In this document: positions 23,803-34,539 of the stretch, one piece after another
Position numbering within the stretch: position 1 is the stretch's first letter
How the letters are laid out: every line of letters starts with the position of its first letter
NCBI RefSeq assembly: GCF_001194135.2
Contig: NC_068990.1
Span: forward strand, 29,478,579-29,516,945
Origin: Octopus bimaculoides
Taxonomy: Eukaryota
DNA length: 38,367 bases
Reading direction: 5' to 3'
Notes under the pieces: generated by a model
What the model was told of the DNA's origin: nothing
What the model saw: the letters and a program-made list of their open reading frames with translations, nothing else
Databases searched by the model: none
Position numbers and translations under genes: made by a program

Positions 23803-24053
23803 ACTTGATTAATAAAGGTGCTGTATAAAAAGCACCTGTACTAGTGTCCACGTAAAGGGCACCTTTTGCTGGTGTCACATAAAAAGCATCTTGTACTCTC
23901 TTTAAAGTGGTTAATGTTAGGAATGGCATTGAGTCGTAGAAACAATTGCAGCCTGGTGCAGCTCTTCGGCTTGCCAGCTTCAGTGAAACCATCAAACTCA
24001 TGCCAACAGTGAAAACAGATGTTAAATGATGATGATGATGATGATGATGATGA
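23803..24053 (+). mobile_element. Family B
   Basis: Internal repeat units, then GTTAGGAATGGCATT..CATGCCAAC..GTTAAAT(GAT)n. Confidence 0.75.
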
Positions 24054-24861
24054 CTTTATTTTAAAAATGAATTGTACCAAAGGCAGGGATACGATAATGA
24101 AAGGGTTAATTCACCAATTTCTTTTCATCAGTCAACACTTGAAACAGTAAATTATTTAGCCAACCAAGGATGGTTTTAGTGTTAGGGGTGAATTGTAAGT
24201 TTATAAGGACCAGTAGGGGTATATTTTTGCTGGGAAAGGTAACAACCCACCTGAAACTGACCATGATTCTATCATAGAAACTTCCTGTTTTAAGGTGATC
24301 TAAAGTAAAACCTTCCACCAAAATTTCCTCTTGAGATTCTTCAGTGGTGGGCAGGTATGATCTCATGCAGCACATCTTTCTGCAGCTGATCTCTTTGGCT
24401 GAGTTGCAATCAAAGATATTTCATCTGTGACTTCTTGTCTTTTATTTAGGCACAGTGTATCTTGGAGTACATTATAAAATGTGTCCTTCCATTTTTAATA
24501 CCATACAGTGTGGTTTGAGGAATATTTGGTCAGCAGTTGCTACTGCTGCCTTTCAACTGGGACAGGTTTCATTAAAAAGAGAAAAAAAACAGCTGCCACA
24601 AGAAAAGCTGCAACAGATTGACAACAACAACAACAAATAACAAACTCTGCTACTACAATGGCTATTAAAAAAAACCAAGAGAAACAGCTGTACAAGGAGT
24701 AACAACGCCATTGTTAACGATGTCTGTAGCTTGGTGGTAACCATAACAACAAACACAATAATGATTGTCAGGCCTCATGGAGGCAATGACCGAGACCTTT
24801 AGCATTATGTCATGCTTGAGAAGAAGACTTGTCAAGTTGAGCAAAACCGCAGTCATGGAAG

Positions 24862-25068
24862 AGACTGGTGTCACACAAATGGCACCCATGCCAGTGGCAT
24901 GTAAAAGCACCCATTACACTCTCGGAGTAGTTGGTGTTAGGAAGGGCATCCAGCTGTAGAAAACCATGCCAAATTAGACTGGAGTCTGGTGCAGCCTTCC
25001 AGTTTGTCAGCCCTGGTCAAGGCATCCAACCCATGCCAGCATGGACAATGGACATTAAATGATGATGA
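24862..25068 (+). mobile_element. Family B
   Basis: GGTGTTAGGAAGGGCATCCAGCTGTAGAAACC..CCAACCCATGCCAGCATGG..GATGATG. Confidence 0.82.
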
Positions 25069-25077
25069 ATAAGACTA

Positions 25078-25270
25078 TAAATTTGTGGGGAATGGAACAA
25101 TTGATTGTATTAACCCCAGTAGTTGACTGGTACTTTAAATTTAAACCCCAGAAGGATGAAAGGGTAAGTTGACCTCAGCAGTATTTGAACTCAAAAAGAA
25201 AAGGTACATAACTAAATACCACAAGGTATTTTGTCCGACTTTCTAGCAATTCCGCTAAGCCACCATTGTA
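25078..25270 (-). mobile_element. SINE family C, diverged
   Basis: AACCCCAG..GGATGAAAGGGTAAGTTGACCTCAG..TTTGAACTC. Confidence 0.7.
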
Positions 25271-25449
25271 TCTTAACAATGGTTGTAAGAGCAGCATTGG
25301 AACAGTGAAAGGAAAAGCAATAACAACAACAAATGTAGTTGAATCAGTCAAAATGAGGGAGTAGACTCATTACTTGGTCATTGTTGGTTTGACTGTTGTC
25401 ATTCTGTGATTCCTGTCAAGAGGAAGAAAATGAAAGCACAGAACATATT

Positions 25450-25880
25450 GACATAATTAGAAAGGGGCCTTGACATGGCTGGCCTCCTGTCACAAATGGA
25501 GCCAGGAGGTCTTGACTGGGGATGGTAAATTCCCGACAGAATAATCCTCTTCTCATATGAGGGAGGAAAACCCTAATCTGGGATGCAACATGTTTCCTGA
25601 CTCCGTCCTTGCTGCATTGGCCATGAACCTGTGTGTCACCCTCCCGTAATGCAGAGGAGAGGAAAATTAAACAAATACAGGAGGCTGACCAGTCGCTGTC
25701 AGTTTGTGTCAGTTACGGTTGAGACCCCCAAGTGTTCTTGTGCACTGCCAATTTCATTCACAAAATCAAGATAACTGTGGCCCATCTGAGAAATGAACCC
25801 TGCCTGGAGTGTCCTTGACCATTCTCTGTGGCAACACCTTTGCAATTATGTCCACAAGGCAGAGCTAAACACACCATTTG
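25450..25880 (+). mobile_element. Second, frameshifted CRE-clade endonuclease fragment
   Basis: Motifs recovered across frameshifts: DIIRK..LDMAGLLSQMEPGGLD, DGKFP, LIWDATC (25573-25593), AEERK (25651), KYRRLTSRCQFVSVTVET and LWQHLCNYVHK. They occur in the same order as in 1824-2330. Confidence 0.72.
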
Positions 25881-26199
25881 TTCTGGGATGTACAACCCGT
25901 TACTCCCCACCCCAATCTTCCACTGTTTCATTCCCCACCCTTTTTTCTTTGTTTCCTCGTGTTATGGGAGTGGGGGGTCTCCATAATTTGATCTGTTATA
26001 CTTGTAATGTTTTTTTTCCTTTCTTTTCATTTAAAAATATGTTGCCAACTAAAGATTTTGTGATTTTTAGCTTAAAAGAATAGAAGAAGAATACAAACAC
26101 CATCTGACTGCCAAATGAGATGGGTAACATAAGATGAAGGGTGACCATTCCCTGATGTTTGCTTTTGCAAGTTGCTGATATTTGTCCAAACCTTATTAA

Positions 26200-26419
26200 C
26201 CCTTTAACATTTCAACTGACCAAATCCTGCCCAAATATTCTTCCTGTTTTATGTTCAGACTGGCCAGATCTGGCCTCCCACATCTACCCTACAATCTCAT
26301 TCTAAAAATAAACAATTACATCATTGAAATTTTGAAGCTACAAGATTATGCATTTTTAATTCAAACCAATGTGAATAAATAAACATTATATTTGACACAG
26401 AAATTTGAATGCTAAAGAG
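26200..26419. mobile_element. piggyBac-type MITE, 220 bp, TTAA target-site duplication
   Basis: TTAA at 26196-26199 and 26420-26423. The imperfect terminal inverted repeats are CCCTTTAACATT (left) and CTCTTTAGCATT (right, reverse complement). There is no ORF. Confidence 0.75.
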
Positions 26420-26819
26420 TTAAACCTAAATTTTAGAAAGCCATGAAGGACATCTGGTGTTGAATGTGATGACTGTAAAGAAGGACAATTCGGATGAGGA
26501 TTTTTCACTAAATAAAAATAAAACTCAGGTTACAAGTGTGGCAAGCAAAGACAAAGAAAGAGGCAGACAAGAAGAGCCATAAACCCTTCTGCAGATGTAA
26601 AAGGGAACAAAATATGCCCCTCCTCTATCATGTCTGCTAATTAAGTTAGAGGAAGCCAAAGAAATATTTTTATCTCTGGATACTGAAAACTCTTACTGCA
26701 CTCATGGTAGTCAGTGAAAAGATATGTCTTTAGACTTTATGACATGATTTAGTCTTTAGACTTTATGACATAGTTTTGAAATAGTCTGTACAGGTAATAA
26801 TTCATGTTGTCAACTATTT

Positions 26820-27066
26820 CACGAGAACCCTTCTCACCTAGTTCATGTGTGCTTTAAATGGTCTTAATTAGATCAACTATATTTTTCTGAGAGCAAAACT
26901 ATCCTAGTTTACCTCCAGCTTAAATGGTCTTAATTAGATCAACTATACTCATCTGAGAACTACACTCACCTGGTTTACCTGAAGCTTAAATAGTCTTAAT
27001 TGAATCAACTATACAAGAAAGCAAAATTGACCTGGTTTACCTGAAGTTTACATGATCTTAATTAGC
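26820..27066. repeat. 66-bp minisatellite, about 4 copies
   Basis: TTAAAT(G/A)GTCTTAATT..ATCAACTATA recurs at 26854, 26920 and 26986, with a degenerate copy at 27048. Confidence 0.85.
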
Positions 27067-27317
27067 TTTGAATATTTTCTGATATTTATGACACTTGAAA
27101 AAAAAAATTGAATTCCATCTCATTACAGGTTTAACGAGGAGTGGTTTGATGTTGTTGCTGAAGAAGACTGAGAGGCCATAATCTGTTGAAATGCAAATAT
27201 GGAAACTTTCTGGTTCAAACAGCAGTCGGTTACATCTCCATGGGGTGGTGGTACCAGGTAGAAATAGGAAATTCTTATGAAAGGAACTAATCAATTAATT
27301 GATAGGAAAATACAAAG

Positions 27318-27468
27318 TCGTTGTGTAGTAAGAGGCTCGCTTCTCAACCACATGGTTCTGGGTTCCGTCCCACTGCATGGAACCTTCGGTAAGTGTCTTC
27401 TACTATAACCTCAGGCCAACCAAAGCCTTGTGAGTGTATTTGGTAGTCGGAAACTGAAAGAAGCCTTT
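27318..27468 (+). mobile_element. SINE family A, 5' half
   Basis: Head through GGAAACTGAAAGAAGCC. Confidence 0.75.
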
Positions 27469-27476
27469 CATATATA

Positions 27477-27600
27477 TCATCACCATCTTCATTGTCTTTT
27501 AATGCCTGTTTTCCATGCTGACAGGGGCTGTTTTGGCATGGTTTCTATGGCTGGATGCCCTTCCTAATGCCAAAAACTTAACAGAGTGTACTGGGGACTC
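27477..27600 (-). mobile_element. Family B, deleted copy between two inverted family A halves
   Basis: CATC..TTTAATGCCTGTTTTCCATGCTG..GGCTGGATGCCCTTCCTAATGCC. Confidence 0.7.
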
Positions 27601-27639
27601 AAACACACCAACGCTGATTGTCAAGCATTGGCGCAGGAC

Positions 27640-27820
27640 AGACAGACGCACACATACACAACAGGCTTCTTTCAGTTTCCATTTACCAAATCCACTCATA
27701 AGTCTTTGGCTTGCCTGATGCTATTGTAGAGACACTTGCCCAAGGTACCATACAGTGAAACTGAATCCAGAACCATGTGGTTAGGAACCAAACTTCTTAC
27801 CACACAGCCACACTTGCACC
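27640..27820 (-). mobile_element. SINE family A, 5' half, inverted relative to 27318-27468
   Basis: CAGGCTTCTTTCAGTTTCC..CTTGCCCAAGG..AACCATGTGG..CTTACCACACAGCCAC is the reverse complement of the head. Confidence 0.78.
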
Positions 27821-28284
27821 TACTCATAAAACATTCTGATAAAATTGGGATTCGTAGAACAGATGTTACAGCAAGAGATTATTCAAATTAAACGTCACTC
27901 TTTTGAAAATGCTATCTATAAATCATTAGTCATAGATGATTGACATTCCTCCTGTTATTACGAGACACCCAGATTTATGGCATATCTGCCACACTTCTTG
28001 CTGGTTCAGATTTCTTCACATCTTTCTCTTTGTTTTTAGCTTTTTGTTGTTATTTTTTCCCCCTTGTCTTCAAGTTTATCCTCTTCTATGATTCTTCAAC
28101 TTTCTTAGTTCTTTGTGCCAACGCAGCAGAATCTCTACAGCAAGCACTTCCAGTTTATTATTATCATTATTATTGTTGTTGTTGTTGTTGTTGTTATCAT
28201 TATTATTATTGCTACTACTACTACTACTACATAAATTAATCTCTTAGCATTCTGATTACTCTATCAAGTGTAATGCTTTTATCT

Positions 28285-28470
28285 TCTACCTGCTTCAGTC
28301 ATGAGACTGTGGCCATGCTGGAGCACCACTTTGAATCTTTATTCAAATGAATCAACCCCAGAACTTATTATTTATTTAAGCCAGGTGTACTTATTCTGTC
28401 AGTCTCTTTTGCCAAACTGCTAAGTTTTGGGGACGTAAACGGTCGTTAGGTGGTAGTGAGGGACAAACAC
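28285..28470 (-). mobile_element. SINE family A, 3' half
   Basis: Reverse complement of the A tail module. Confidence 0.7.
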
Positions 28471-28487
28471 ACTCACTCAATGAAACG

Positions 28488-28496
28488 ATACACACA

Positions 28497-28592
<96 letters not shown>
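28488..28592. repeat. (CA)n(CT)n compound microsatellite
   Basis: Seen directly in the sequence. Confidence 0.9.
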
Positions 28593-28595
<3 letters not shown>

Positions 28596-28639
28596 TTCCA
28601 ACTGAGGGAGCCATGTATCCCCTCCTCTGCAAGTGGGAC

Positions 28640-28800
28640 TATTTGATGAGCCGGTGAGGCAGAAAGCCTGCACCAGACTTCTGTGACTGTTTTGGCAGGA
28701 TTTTTACAGCTGGATGCTCTTCCTGACACCAACTATTTTACAGTGTGGACTGGGTGCTTTTAAGTGGCACCTGCACTGACAGGGTCACCAAGTACCATGC
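28640..28800 (-). mobile_element. Family B, partial
   Basis: TTTTTACAGCTGGATGCTCTTCCTGACACCAAC. Confidence 0.65.
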
Positions 28801-29339
28801 AAGACAAAAGAAAAAAGAAATGAATAAAAATATTAATAACCAGGCTTGACATAATCAGCTAAAATCCTTACAGGCAGTGCTCCAGTATGGACACAATCAA
28901 GTTATTGAAGCCAGTAAAAGACTATATTCATAATAGATGTCGAAGCATGTGTCATTAGCCATGTCCATTCGGTCGTCCGAATAACATATTTATCTCGGTC
29001 ATAGATTAAATACGTTGACAGCCATAGCGAAATAGTTTAAAATATATTTATTGATTTATTTTGTTAGAGATAATGCACTGAGAGCTGCTGTGATGGTCGT
29101 TATGTTTGCTGTATTGATTGATATCCCATCATATAGCACAGAGATACATAAACAGTTATGTACATACTATACAGATACGCACACACACACATACATGGTG
29201 ATACAAAGTTACTTAACATGTACAAACATTACCAACTGCTACACATGTTACACATGTAGAAAGAAAAAATTTCACTGTACAAATACAACACCTAGAAATA
29301 ATTGCTTGTAAATAATTATATTTACTAAGATTTCATCAT

Positions 29340-29590
29340 TACCATCATCATCATCATCATTATCATCATCACCACCATCGTCATCTTCATTTAACATCCC
29401 TGTTCCAGCCTGGCATGGGTTTGACAGTTTAATAAGAATGTGATGAAGTTGAAGGACTGTATTGTGTCCTGTTGTCTGTTTTGGCATGGTTTCTACATCT
29501 GGATGTCTTTCCTGGTGCCAACCGCTTCACATTGGGTACTGGGTGATTTTTTCGTGCCACCAGCACTAGTGAGGTCGCCATGTAGCTCTT
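29340..29590 (-). mobile_element. Family B with a G-rich extension to about 30070
   Basis: (CAT)n tail and diagnostic core, followed by about 480 bp of purine- and G-rich sequence. Confidence 0.7.
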
Positions 29591-30376
29591 AAGTCAACAG
29601 ACCTAGGGAGGGAGAGAAGATGCTGTGTGCGTATGTTAAATGGGAGTTAAGATATGAGGGAAGGGGTTGGGGCACAGCAGGTTCTTGCAGAGGGGTTACA
29701 CAGCTTCTCGTATTTGAGAGAATGGGAGTGAATTGATACTGTCCCCCAAGGAGATAGACAGAGGTGATGAGGAGCCCAGGTGGAAGCTCAGAGAGTAGGA
29801 GCAGTAATGGGTGGGGAAAGTTGGCGGGAAGGGGAGATAAGCAACATCCCTAAGGATTTTGGAAGGGTTCAGGGGAAGAGATATGCATGGGTTTGGGAGA
29901 CTACAGGGATGCTAGCAGTAGGGAAGTAATGGTAATACCATTGACGGTGGAGAGGAGGAGCAGTGGAGTCGTAGAGAGTTAAACAGGTGTAGTGCATGAG
30001 GGGAGATAATTTGATGGTCCAGGGAGGGGATGGATGGCCACTGAAATGTAGGTGTGGAGAACAAGATTAATGGTTAACCAAGAGTAGGGCATACTTTTTA
30101 TACTGGCAGTGCCCCTGCATGGCCACAGCCTCAAGCCTGAAACATATAAAAGAATAAAGTGAAAAGGTTTTGGTTAGCAAGAGAGAAAAGTTGTATCAAG
30201 ATTGGGGTGGGGGTAGCTGCAATGAATGATACAATGTAGGGGGAAAGTTAATAAAGGGGCAATTGATTGAGGTCCGCATATGTGTACACATACACACATA
30301 CAAAATATATATTTTATATAAACGTTTACACTCATATATATGTGTGTGTGTGTGTGTGTATAATGCTTTCAAATGT

Positions 30377-30570
30377 TGGCACAAGGCCAGCACTTTTGAG
30401 GGGAGGGGCTAAGTTGATTTCAACCCCAGTACATAACTGGTACCTATTTTATCGACCCCTGAAAAGGATGAAAGGCAAAGTCTACCTCAGTGGAATTTGA
30501 ACTCCGAACATAAGGATGGATGAAATGTCACTAAGTATTCTCTCCAATGGCGCTAACGATTCTACCAATA
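30377..30570 (-). mobile_element. SINE family C with flanking (TAA)n
   Basis: Diagnostic sequence followed by (AAT)n at about 30568-30600. Confidence 0.78.
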
Positions 30571-30699
30571 ATAATAATTATAATAATAATAATAATAATT
30601 ACTTCCAATAAATACAACATAAAGCCATAGCTTGTTTGGTGGCAAAGAGGTTATGTAGTTGGTTTAATTAAATAAACAGTAATTAGTTTAGTGTTATTA

Positions 30700-30990
30700 T
30701 TATAAACGGAATTGTTAGCATGAGATCACGAGTTTGACTCCCAGTGATAAGCTGTGCCCTTGAGCAAGACACTCTGTTTCACATTACTCCAGCCCATTCA
30801 GCAGACGAAATGGAGTTGTACCAGTAATTCAAAGGGGGCCAGCCTTGTCACATTCTTTGTCACACTGAATCACCCTGGGAACTACATTAAGTGTACGCAT
30901 GTCTGTGGAGCCCTCAGCCACTTGCTTGTTAATTTCACAAGCAAGCAAGTTCTGCTGATAGGACCAGCTGGAACCCTACCCTCACTGATG
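30700..30990 (+). mobile_element. SINE family E
   Basis: GAGTTTGACTCCC..TGTGCCCTTGAGCAAGACACTCTGTTTCACATTACTCCAGCCCATT. Confidence 0.6.
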
Positions 30991-31139
30991 TAACTGATCA
31001 AGGGACAGTTTTTTTTTTTTTTTTTTTTTTTTGATTTTTTTACATGTGTATCTTTGTAGATGCACACAACCAAGTGTGTACATTTGTTCAACCCTTTAGC
31101 GTTCATATTATTCAGTCAAATCTTATGCTTATTCACATT

Positions 31140-31413
31140 CAGTAGTGGCATATGGCATAGTGGTTAAGAGCGCGGGCTACTAACCCCAAGGTTCCGAGTT
31201 CGATTCACGGCAGCGACCTGATTAATAATAGTAATAATAATAATATAATAATAATAATAATAATAATAATAGTAACATCGATAGGAATGAGAACCCAGGT
31301 TCGAAATTTCCCCAAGACACCTGACGAAGGCTGGAGGGTATATCAGCTGAAACGTTATGTTAACAACAAACAAGATGAGGACGAATATCCGTCAAATGTA
31401 AATAATGTAAATA
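31140..31413 (+). mobile_element. Family D: 274-bp tRNA-headed SINE with (TAA)n linker and Penelope-like hammerhead 3' region
   Basis: A box TGGCATAGTGG at 31153-31163, B box GAGTTCGATTC at 31196-31206, anticodon-like loop CTACTAA, (TAA)n at about 31223-31275, hammerhead at 31316-31361 and tail repeats AATGTAAAT. It is flanked by a perfect 15-bp direct repeat ATGCTTATTCACATT (31125-31139 and 31414-31428). Confidence 0.85.
31316..31361 (+). ncRNA. Minimal type-I hammerhead motif inside the family D element
   Basis: GACAC-CTGACGA-A-GGCTG(GAGGGTATAT)CAGCT-GAA-ACGT-T-ATGTT: core intact, helix II of 5 bp (one G.U), palindromic ACGT, and helix I with one A-C mismatch next to the cleavage site. Confidence 0.7.
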
Positions 31414-32559
31414 ATGCTTATTCACATTGTTTTGAATTAATCATGCATTACCGTGTCACGTGGTTGCTTGTTGTTTGAGTCAAGCTAATCAATGGTGATA
31501 CTCTTCAGACATCTGAGCTGCCACTGTCGAAGTGGATGGCTTTATTATCATGGTTGTTGTGTACATGTGAAATGTCATTGCTGGCTGCATGAATAATGAA
31601 TGAAGCAATCTCACAAATATTTGATTTTGATATTTATTGCCGGAAATTGTATATTGTGTTGGCTACTTACAATAAATAATATTGGTTTCAAATTTTGGCA
31701 CAAGGCCAGCAATTTCACCCCTTATTTCCGTTTTTCTATGAAAACATGACCAGCCTTGGGGAAAGATTAGCTCACTTGGAAGCAGGTAACAGTTGGCAAC
31801 AGGAAAGGCGTCCAACTGTAGAAAATCTGCCTTAATAAATACCATCTGTCTGATGCAAGCATTAAAAAGTGGACATTATGATGATGATGATGATGATGAT
31901 GATGGCATATTCTTTGTTTGAGGATTTATGAAGTAACTTGTGTATTTGCTGTGTAAAAGATGCGTGATTTTTTTCTCTTGACAAGAGGTCACCCAATTGA
32001 ATAAAATCTATCTCACGGGGCTTAGGACAAATACTTTTTATGTGTATCTTTTTATATTTGTGTTGTAGCTGGAGTTTTATTCTGCTAACATTGTGTTTAA
32101 GAAAAAGAAAAGCAATAATAATGATGATGATGAATGTGAAGCTAAAATGAAAATTCTTTTGAACTATCTGAATTTGATATGATTTGAAACTAGAGCTATA
32201 CTGTTATCACAAGAATGAAAGAGATTAACCTAGGCAGAAAGCAAGCTGGATCACATCTCCCTTACATAATACGATCAAAGGATTAAGTTTCTAATTCCAA
32301 TTGTGATGGCCGCACGTAACAGGACTTCACTTCCTGTGAGAAAATCCAATCTAATATGCCACTTTTTTTAATATTTTTGTCTTCGTAAAATGTCACTCTG
32401 GCACTAGATTACCATATCTGGCTTTTGTCAATGAACTTATTTTATATTCCTTTTGAGATGTCACAAAACTAGACACTGCTTCTGTCTTTCATTTGTCATA
32501 AACAAACATTGAGCTGTAAAAGTAAGCCTTTACTTCTAATATTCTGATATTCTTATCAG

Positions 32560-32765
32560 GATGGAGAGCAAGCAGAATTGCTGGTATGTTGAAGAAAATT
32601 CCTGGCACCAGTTTGTCCTTTTTTGTGTGTTCTAAGTTCAAATACCACCCAGGTTAACTTTGCCTTTCATCCTTTCAGGGTTGATAAAATAAAAAGCTTT
32701 GGGATCAATGTAATTGACTTTCCCCCTCTCACAAACTTACTGGCCTTGTGCCAAAATTTGAAATC
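32560..32765 (+). mobile_element. SINE family C
   Basis: GTTCTAAGTTCAAAT..CTTTGCCTTTCATCCTTTCAGGG..GGCCTTGTGCC. Confidence 0.72.
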
Positions 32766-33177
32766 CTTATTATCTCTGCCTTAGCAATGGCAGAGGTATT
32801 ATTTTCAGTCTTGTTTGTTTATTTGTTTGTCCGGGGACAAGATATCTTAAGAACTGTTGGATGGATTTGGATGAAACTTTCAGGGATATTTGGCCTCGTG
32901 ACTGGCACAAACTGATTAGATTTTGGGATCGATCTGGTATCAGACAATGATTCTCTTTCCGTTTTTTTTACTTAATTTATGAGAGTGGTTGGGTTCATTT
33001 TTAGTATTCTTGTTTGTGAGAGCAGTCGAGTTTATTTCAGATATTCTCATTTTAAAAATCATATCTGGCTAATCGTTAAGAGGACGTTGGTGTTTCCTTG
33101 GCAGAGGTTTGCGCTCTCTGAATGCTCTTGTTATTATTATTATTTCTATTATTAATTGTTGTTATTATTTATGGCTG

Positions 33178-33388
33178 TATGCTGCTGGAATCGTTAGCAC
33201 GCTGGACAGAATGTTTGATGCCAATTCATCCATCTTTAGATTCTGAGTTCAAATTCTGCCCAGGTTGACTTTACCTTTCATCCTCCCAGGGTCAATAAAA
33301 TAAGTACCAGTTATACACTGAAATTAATGCAATTGATTTAACCCACTTCCCCAAAATTGCTGGCATTGTGCCAAAATCTGAAATCAAT
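33178..33388 (+). mobile_element. SINE family C
   Basis: CGTTAGCACGCTGG..TTCTGAGTTCAAATTCTGCC..GCATTGTGCC. Confidence 0.75.
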
Positions 33389-33980
33389 ATGATTCATGTC
33401 ACCTGTAACATTGCTCAAGATTTAAAAAAAAAATCATGGCACTATATTGATACAATTGATTATTTAAATTGATTGGTTATTATTCCGTTTGAATTTCATA
33501 CCCCTTCATCAATATCATAAAAACAAAAACTAAAAAAAATCTGCTATAAACCTAAACCATTTTTATTCTTCCTTCAAATCAATCATTTTCTCACAATTTT
33601 AAAAAGTCGAACATTATTTGGAAAAATGGATTAGTATTGGTAAGAAGATATTCTATGGAAGTTCAGTCTTTTATTTATATTTATAATCCTTTTTTTTAGC
33701 ATGGTCGTAAATCTAAATAAATTCAGCTCACACAAACATACGCAAATACGCACACGTTTATGTCTTAATTTCACTTTAATTATCAGGTACACACCTGTTG
33801 TTTCTCCTCAGGAACAATGATGCGGTCTTATCTTCCATCTTTTCCCCCTTCTATAATTCAGCTACACATATGCACACATTCAAACATAGACATATGCACA
33901 CACACACACATGAATATAAGCTGCTTATTTGCATATGCACACACACACACACATGAATATAAGCTGCTTATTTGCATATG

Positions 33981-34012
<32 letters not shown>

Positions 34013-34203
34013 TGCATATAAGCTGCATACTTGCACAGGCTTAAACAGATTTCAAGATGCAGGTGAGGCATGAAAAGCATAACTTTGTCATTATTGGTTT
34101 CAAATTTTAGCACAAGGCCTGCATCGATTGTGTAATGTATATGAATTTGGTTTTTGTTGTTTTATTTCCCAATTAACTTCTGCTTTCAACTTCTATTTTG
34201 CAG

Positions 34204-34310
34204 GTTACTCGTTTATTAAGCAAACAAAAACAAAAAAGCAACAAGCACAATAAACCACATTTAATACTCAAAGAAAGGACCCCCCCTTTCCCCACAAGTC
34301 TGCTGTTAAA
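34204..34310 (+). other. 5' UTR part of the claudin-like exon (implies an upstream non-coding exon)
   Basis: A pyrimidine tract and acceptor TTCTGCTTTCAACTTCTATTTTGCAG|G lie at 34203/34204, with no ATG before 34311. Confidence 0.65.
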
Positions 34311-34539
34311 ATGAGTTCACGGAGATTCAGGATGTCACACAGCAACAAGATTGACCTTTTTTTGGCCGACACTTTAGCCACCGTTTCTTTCACCGGAGGT
34401 CTCATAATATTCTTGATTTCAATAAGTACGTCGTCCTGGGTTGTTTTAGATGGAGGAGCTTACGTTGGCGTCTGGAACCTATGTTTGGTTGTCAAAGGAA
34501 GTGATGAAATGGATTGTTCATCTTACCATAATAATCCAG
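34311..34539 (+). CDS. First coding exon (76 aa + 1 nt) of a claudin/PMP22-EMP-MP20-superfamily tetraspan membrane protein
   Basis: Translation: MSSRRFRMSHSNKIDLFLADTLATVSFTGGLIIFLISISTSSWVVLDGGAYVGVWNLCLVVKGSDEMDCSSYHNNP. A TM1 hydrophobic stretch is followed by the W-x(10)-G-V-W-x2-C-x(10)-C first-extracellular-loop signature. The donor CAG|GTGAGT is at 34539/34540 (phase 1), the ATG context is AAAATGA, and there is an in-frame upstream TAA at 34251. Confidence 0.88.

Noticed and set aside
23640-24108. Isolated AAAGGGTTAA piggyBac-like right ends (about 23645-23654 and 24099-24108)
   Set aside because: No matching left end or transposase was found, so they were not called as elements.
26820-27066. 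CRISPR-like repeat/spacer appearance
   Set aside because: The spacers resemble each other (TCTGAGA, AGCAAAA), the repeats are degenerate, there are no cas genes and the context is eukaryotic. It is a minisatellite.
31145-31218. Possible tRNA-Ser(ACT) gene
   Set aside because: The acceptor stem does not pair, the anticodon stem has mismatches, there is no long variable arm, and it is the head of a TSD-flanked SINE.
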